Shown in pieces: positions 59,174-64,000 of a DNA stretch of 64,000 nucleotides. Under the pieces are notes generated by a model that was not told where the DNA came from, did no database searches, and worked only from the letters and a program-made list of their open reading frames with translations. Source of the stretch: an uncultured Muribaculaceae bacterium. Its GTDB lineage: Bacteria > Bacillota_I > Bacilli_A > RF39 > UBA660. Within the stretch, counting starts at the first letter, position 1. The number at the start of each line of letters is the position of its first letter. Location of the stretch: the NCBI GenBank assembly GCA_964600615.1, contig CAZRJK010000003.1, forward strand, positions 11,142 to 75,141. Direction: 5' to 3'. The translations under genes were made by a program, and so were the position numbers.

Positions 59174-59288
59174 CTTCTTGTTTCACCGTTTCTTTCTCTT
59201 TTTCTAGGAAGCCTATAAAATCATTTATTTGCTTGTTTAATTCTAATAATTCGTTATATGATAGATTACTAGGTTCAATGTTATTCAT
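59166..59288 (-). CDS. 40-aa helical micro-ORF, absent from the ORF track
   Basis: MNNIEPSNLSYNELLELNKQINDFIGFLEKEKETVKQEDE. The RBS is AGAGGTGATA-ATG. Its stop overlaps the start of the downstream gene (ATGAATAA). Confidence 0.5.
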   Translation of the reverse strand: MNNIEPSNLSYNELLELNKQINDFIGFLEKEKETVKQEDE

Positions 59289-59348
59289 ATTATCACCTCT
59301 ATATTATTATATCTAATTTCTTTTTTAAAGTCTACTAATTATTAAGAA

Positions 59349-59372
59349 AAGAAGTAGTTTTTTCTACTTCTT
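59349..59372 (-). terminator. Stem-loop after the giant repeat protein gene
   Basis: AAGAAGTAG-TTTTTT-CTACTTCTT hairpin overlapping the stop, with a U-rich tail on the minus strand. Confidence 0.5.
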
Positions 59373-62300
59373 ATTCTACTATTATATCTCTGTATGCACT
59401 ACCTATATATGTATCATAATCATATAAGCGGAATTCTAATCTATAGGTTCCTGTTGTTAGATTATCTTTTGTTGTTAGATTGAAGAGATTTTCAGAATTC
59501 GGATATCTTGCAACATAATATTCGTTGGTGTTTCCGGTTGAATCTAATTCTGTTGTAAAGATATTGTTATAATCAAATGATGTATAGTTATAAGTGAATG
59601 CAGCAGCATATGTTCTTCTTTGAACGAATAATCTTATTGATGGTGAAGTTAATCCGGATGCATATTTAACATTAAAGGCTAGTGTATTATTTCCATCTTG
59701 TGATTTTCCAGTTTCAGCATCTACTAAGACATCGTTATCTGCTAAATCTATAGATAAACCATATATTTCGTTTACTATTCTAAAGTTTAGTGTCGTTTGT
59801 CTTGAAGATACTAAACCATAATATATTCCATCGGAAGAACCAAATGTATCTATTCTTAGTTTGTAATTACCGGTTGCTATGTTAGCATTTTGAGCATTTA
59901 TTTTTATTCTTGATGATACATTAGCTACTCTTTCTGCTATATTAAATCTAGTTGTTCCATCTACTCTAGGATAATAAGTTACACCATTATATTCATAGTT
60001 TAATCCTAATAAACTAACGCCATTGACTATATTATCATTTGCATCTAAGATAGTTATTTTTATACCTAATTTTAAATCATAGAAATTTGTATCAATTATT
60101 CTGGTATTATCTACTTGTTGCTGAGCAAAATCTGTTATTACTGTTAGGGTTGTATCTTTTCCTATATATAAGTTTGTGTTACTTAGACTAGCATTTAGAT
60201 TAATTATACCATCTTTATTATTATATAGGTTATATCTCATTCTCACTTGTTCAACGTCTAGTACAGGTATTGCTTGACTATTTGGTTTTCTTAATTCAAA
60301 TAATAGTTGTTCTTCTATGACATCGGTATTTAAATTTGTATCTTTTAGATCAACTATAAAGATAAATTCTTCTTCAGCTACATGATTAGTTGAATCATAA
60401 TATCTTAAGTTTGCTGCATTATCATCATATATATTACCCGAGCTCGAGCTATCCATTTTTATAAATTTAGATAATCTGTAACTTATTTCGTGTTGTTGTG
60501 CTAATTCTTGGACACTTGCGTTATAATCTGCTTGATTTATTACATAATAATAGTAATCAGGATTACCAGTTGTGGCTAGGTCTATCATTGTTATTTTAGT
60601 ATTTACTGGTAAGGCATAGCTAGATACTAGTGTTCTATAAGAACCTGTTGGATATATTGTTGTATTACTTGCTGAATATAATGAATAGTAGGCACTAAAT
60701 GTACTTCTATTTGTTATGTTTACAGCGTTATTAGCAAACATTTCATATTTAGGTCCTGGAGATATTGTGGCTTCATAGTTATCTCCTTCATATAATATCG
60801 TTTTTAAGTTTGCAACAATATTTATTCTTTTTACTCTATTACTTATTTCATTTATTGGTGTTGCTATCATTAATGATATTGTTACATATCCTAAATCTTG
60901 AGTTATATCTAAGTTTTTAGAGTGATGCAAATAGAATATAAAGCTTGGTATAGCGTTTGAGTTTTCTGCTTTATATATAGTAGTACCAACAATATCTCTT
61001 TGGCCTGTTGTTAGAAATTGAGTATTACCTTGCGTAATCCAACCTACGGTACCTGTTTCCATTTGTAAACCAAAGTTGGTATTGGCAGCAGTAGTTGATT
61101 GCGCGTGTCTTGGTATTTGATGATAATCTAATAAGTTTATATTACTATTTAGACCATCAAAATTTACACCAATTATGTCTATTTCAGTATTTGGTTCGTA
61201 ATAATCTAGTAATTGTAATTCATAGGTTCCTAAGGTTGCATACTTAGATGCTGTTAAATCAAATTCAATGTTTTCTACTTGTTCTCCAACTACCCATCGA
61301 TAGTAAGTTGCGTTGTCTGGAGTTGGGATAATAATATCTGTTTTTATTGTTTCTCCATCATCATTAACATAGTTAGTAAAGTATCCATCAACATTATAAT
61401 TATGACTTGTTTTGTGTTTTCCTACGACATAGCTACCACTTGAGAAATAGTATAGTTCGGATGTTGGTACGCTATCTCCAGCTTCATATTGTGGAGAATA
61501 CATTGCTGTTGCTACTATGCCATTTCTGTCTAAAGTAAACATTCCGAAGAAGGCCATTCCATTAACGTTACCAAATGTTCCTAATGATTCATCATCAGAA
61601 ATATTTAGATTCTTTCCTTCTATCATGTATACTCTGTTATCAACGTTAGTTGTTACTGCTCCGGTTGTTTCATTTAATGAAAATGTTTCTTTTACTTCAC
61701 TATTATTTTGATCTTTTAGACTGGAAATGTTTTCTAATAGGTTTGCACCTTTTTCTAAATAGATAGTTGAGCCGTTTTTTAGTTTTAAATGTCCAATTCT
61801 ACTGAAAGTAAATAATTCAGTTTTAAATTTATTAGTTCTATCGGTTGCTCCTGATAATTTTATAGCACTGTTATCTAAGGTTACAATATCACTTCTTTGA
61901 ATAGATACATTACTTTTATAGTTAGATGCCGTTCCGTAATTTTTAATGTATATATAGCTGTATCCACCAGAAGATGAAGCATTACCACTTCCAAATATTG
62001 AACCATTTATTAAGAATGTATTATGTCCGGTAGCATCAATATTTATATTAATTCCTTCAGTTACACTTATGAAGCTATAGTCGTAGTCTTCACTACCGGC
62101 AGCGTTGGCTTCTCCACCACCGAAGACTGTTCCATTTATGGTTATGTTTCCTTTTGTTAAGTTATAACTACTATCTACCGCTTGATCGCCAATATTTACG
62201 GTTGTTACTCCATATAATACTGATGTGTTAGCTCCTCCATAAACGTTTCCACCAATGGTTGCTCCTACTATGTTTACTTCACTATTGGAATTATTTGGAT

Positions 62301-64000
62301 TTGTACAAATGGCGATTACGTTACCACCGATATCTTCTATATCTTGCGCACATCCAGTGGCAGCGGCATTTCCACCACCGAAGACGTGATTTGATATGCT
62401 GGTTGTTCCTTCAATATTTAATAAGGTGTCTCCCAACACGATTGCTGTTGATCCATTACCTCCGGCATATACGCTTGTTAGAATTGTGCCATTTTTTATT
62501 TTTACGGATGTATCTTCAAGAACCATTCCGTTGTTACCACCACCGAAGACATTTCCTTCTACGGTTGCTCCATCAATTATTACGTTAGTGCTTGCTTCTG
62601 CTGCAGCGGCATTTCCACCACCAAAGACGCTTCCTTCTACTGTTGCAGAATTCTTTATCGTTACGTTGGTATCGTCATTAGCACTTGCTAAGTTTCCACC
62701 ACCGTAGACATTTTGTTCTACGGTTGCATTGTTTACTTCAACATTAGTAATTCCTTCTACTTCTCCAGCGTTACCTCCACCATAGACATTTCCTTCTATA
62801 GTTGCAGAGTTATTTATTGTTACATAAGTATCGTCATTAGCGGCTGCAGAATTACCGCCACCATAAACATTTTGTTTTACGGTTGCATTATTTATTTCTA
62901 CTGTTGTAATACCATCTACTTCTCCGGCATTACCTCCACCATAGACATTTTGTTCTACGGTTGCAGAATTTTTTATGGTTACGTTGGTCGCATCGCCCGT
63001 ATCAGCTTGGTTACCTCCACCATAGACACTTTGTTTTACTGTTGAACCATTTATTTCTACGGTGGTTTCATCATCGACCTCACCAACATTTCCACCACCA
63101 AAAACATTTCCTTTTATTAATGAATTATTTGTTATTGTTACGTCTGTGGTTCCTGATACATCAGCTTGGTTACCTCCACCATAGACGTTGGAATCAATGG
63201 TTGCAGAATTGGTAGTTACGACTGTATTTCCTAATACGGCTCCATTGTTTCCACCGCCAAAGACATTACCAATTACTCTTGAATTGTTTGTTATACTTAC
63301 GTTGGTGTCGGTAGTTACTTGAGCGTTATCTCCACCACCGTAAACCATTTGATTGATGGTAGCTCCATTTATTGCTACGTTTGTGGCATTGGTTCCAGCT
63401 CGTTCTCCTCCACCATAAACGTTATTTATTGTTCCTCTTGATAATGTTACATGGGATGTTGTCGTAGTACCACCTTGATTGTTTCCACCAAAGACATTTG
63501 ATACTGTTAGATTTGAGGCTGATGTTACGGTTGAAACATTGCTTGTTGTAACATTACCACTGGTATTTGATCCGCCAAAAACATTTGTTATGCTACCTGC
63601 TCCTAAATTTACATTAGTTGTTGTTACTCCGGCTTTGTTACCTCCACCATAAACGTTTGTTACTGTTCCTGAATTATAATTAATTGTGGAAGTAGTTGTT
63701 GCAGCTTGATTTCCACCACCATATACATTTGTAGCGTTTCCTGCTACTGTTACTAGGGTTGTGGTTGAGGTTCCACCTAAGTTATTTCCCCCATAAACAT
63801 CAGTTGCACTTCCGTTTAATCTAACGTTTGTTTCGGTTACTGTTCCGCTAGTATTTGATCCTCCATATACATAAGATGCTGTACTGTTTATGGTTACATT
63901 AGTTTTAGTGGTTACATCTGTTTTTTCTCCTCCACCATAAGCATTAGTTATTGTTCCACCGTTTACAGTTACGTTAGTGGTGGCTGTTGTTCCTCCTTGG
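59371..64000 (-). CDS. Giant VYGGGN-repeat (parallel beta-helix-like) protein, 5' end outside window
   Basis: The frame stays open upstream of the listed Met at 63348 (...VYGGGERAGTNATNVAINGATINQ-M-VYGGGDNAQV). There are more than 20 rungs of 26-27 aa, then about 850 aa of non-repetitive beta-rich sequence. No LPXTG or TM at the C-terminus. Confidence 0.8.
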   Translation of the reverse strand, partial: QGGTTATTNVTVNGGTITNAYGGGEKTDVTTKTNVTINSTASYVYGGSNTSGTVTETNVRLNGSATDVYGGNNLGGTSTTTLVTVAGNATNVYGGGNQAATTTSTINYNSGTVTNVYGGGNKAGVTTTNVNLGAGSITNVFGGSNTSGNVTTSNVSTVTSASNLTVSNVFGGNNQGGTTTTSHVTLSRGTINNVYGGGERAGTNATNVAINGATINQMVYGGGDNAQVTTDTNVSITNNSRVIGNVFGGGNNGAVLGNTVVTTNSATIDSNVYGGGNQADVSGTTDVTITNNSLIKGNVFGGGNVGEVDDETTVEINGSTVKQSVYGGGNQADTGDATNVTIKNSATVEQNVYGGGNAGEVDGITTVEINNATVKQNVYGGGNSAAANDDTYVTINNSATIEGNVYGGGNAGEVEGITNVEVNNATVEQNVYGGGNLASANDDTNVTIKNSATVEGSVFGGGNAAAAEASTNVIIDGATVEGNVFGGGNNGMVLEDTSVKIKNGTILTSVYAGGNGSTAIVLGDTLLNIEGTTSISNHVFGGGNAAATGCAQDIEDIGGNVIAICTNPNNSNSEVNIVGATIGGNVYGGANTSVLYGVTTVNIGDQAVDSSYNLTKGNITINGTVFGGGEANAAGSEDYDYSFISVTEGININIDATGHNTFLINGSIFGSGNASSSGGYSYIYIKNYGTASNYKSNVSIQRSDIVTLDNSAIKLSGATDRTNKFKTELFTFSRIGHLKLKNGSTIYLEKGANLLENISSLKDQNNSEVKETFSLNETTGAVTTNVDNRVYMIEGKNLNISDDESLGTFGNVNGMAFFGMFTLDRNGIVATAMYSPQYEAGDSVPTSELYYFSSGSYVVGKHKTSHNYNVDGYFTNYVNDDGETIKTDIIIPTPDNATYYRWVVGEQVENIEFDLTASKYATLGTYELQLLDYYEPNTEIDIIGVNFDGLNSNINLLDYHQIPRHAQSTTAANTNFGLQMETGTVGWITQGNTQFLTTGQRDIVGTTIYKAENSNAIPSFIFYLHHSKNLDITQDLGYVTISLMIATPINEISNRVKRINIVANLKTILYEGDNYEATISPGPKYEMFANNAVNITNRSTFSAYYSLYSASNTTIYPTGSYRTLVSSYALPVNTKITMIDLATTGNPDYYYYVINQADYNASVQELAQQHEISYRLSKFIKMDSSSSGNIYDDNAANLRYYDSTNHVAEEEFIFIVDLKDTNLNTDVIEEQLLFELRKPNSQAIPVLDVEQVRMRYNLYNNKDGIINLNASLSNTNLYIGKDTTLTVITDFAQQQVDNTRIIDTNFYDLKLGIKITILDANDNIVNGVSLLGLNYEYNGVTYYPRVDGTTRFNIAERVANVSSRIKINAQNANIATGNYKLRIDTFGSSDGIYYGLVSSRQTTLNFRIVNEIYGLSIDLADNDVLVDAETGKSQDGNNTLAFNVKYASGLTSPSIRLFVQRRTYAAAFTYNYTSFDYNNIFTTELDSTGNTNEYYVARYPNSENLFNLTTKDNLTTGTYRLEFRLYDYDTYIGSAYRDIIVE
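62000..64000 (-). repeat. Tandem coding repeats (about 78-81 nt unit, about 159-nt two-unit super-repeat) within the giant gene
   Basis: CCACCACC(A/G)TA(A/G)AC recurs on the plus strand every 78-81 nt. Alternating repeat types (AGEV.GIT..E.NNATV.QN and ..A.NDDT.VTI.NSATVEG) form a two-rung period. Confidence 0.85.

Noticed and set aside
62259-63215. Several plus-strand ORFs (62259..62588, 62396..62707, 62713..63045, 62961..63215) antisense to the giant gene
   Set aside because: These are shadow frames of a repetitive, codon-biased gene. They give low-complexity L/H/R/Y-rich translations with no RBS.
62000-64000. Highly regular ~80-nt periodic repeats that could superficially suggest a CRISPR array or satellite
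   Set aside because: The repeats lie in one long open minus-strand frame and translate to a coherent VYGGGN protein repeat. There are no unique spacers between conserved units and no cas genes.
1-64000. Possibility of an alternative genetic code (TGA as Trp, as in Mollicutes), given the very low G+C
   Set aside because: Conserved Trp positions are encoded by TGG. Conserved proteins in the track, whose frames necessarily contain no in-frame TGA, come out at their expected full lengths. TGA ends at least one ORF (51942..52247). The sporulation genes also argue for a standard-code Bacillota.

Overview
AT-rich chromosomal segment, by eye about a quarter to a third G+C, from a spore-forming low-GC Bacillota (Firmicutes) bacterium. 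The standard code applies: TGG encodes Trp in conserved motifs and TGA is used as a stop. There are about 60 genes, almost all on the minus strand. In window order: (1) The edge of an integrated element, whose large serine recombinase ends about 20 nt from a 5'-truncated cotJC spore-coat gene. (2) cdaA-cdaR, yidD, an M29 aminopeptidase and a SPOR protein. (3) Two prepilin-like genes divergent from a GspE/PilB-type ATPase. (4) spoVAC-AD-AE, an XRE regulator, and a STAS-sigF pair with no spoIIAB. (5) tRNA-Ser(GCU), a KH protein and rpsP. (6) A contiguous arginine deiminase (arcABDC) plus agmatine deiminase (ptcA-aguD-aguA-aguA) supercluster. (7) A tandem-duplicated AdoMetDC-fold gene. (8) A mosaic array of three leaderless LRR plus coiled-coil paralogues and one deletion remnant. 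(9) ygjV-like gene, potABCD, and glyQS with a T-box leader. (10) Glucosaminidase paralogues, uvrB, a polysaccharide deacetylase and a triple-frameshifted beta-lactamase-like pseudogene. (11) A SpoVK-type AAA+ gene and a TelA/XpaC/substrate-binding/vWA envelope module. (12) An unannotated YjcZ-like micro-ORF and an aldehyde dehydrogenase. (13) The most unusual locus: an expanded tapA-sipW-tasA-like cluster. It holds two proteins with SipW-type signal motifs, a SipW peptidase fused to a third such domain, a catalytically dead SipW paralogue, a coiled-coil protein and a 40-aa ORF. It follows a giant VYGGGN-repeat beta-helix-like protein that runs off the window. All calls rest on by-eye motif recognition and synteny; no database search was possible.
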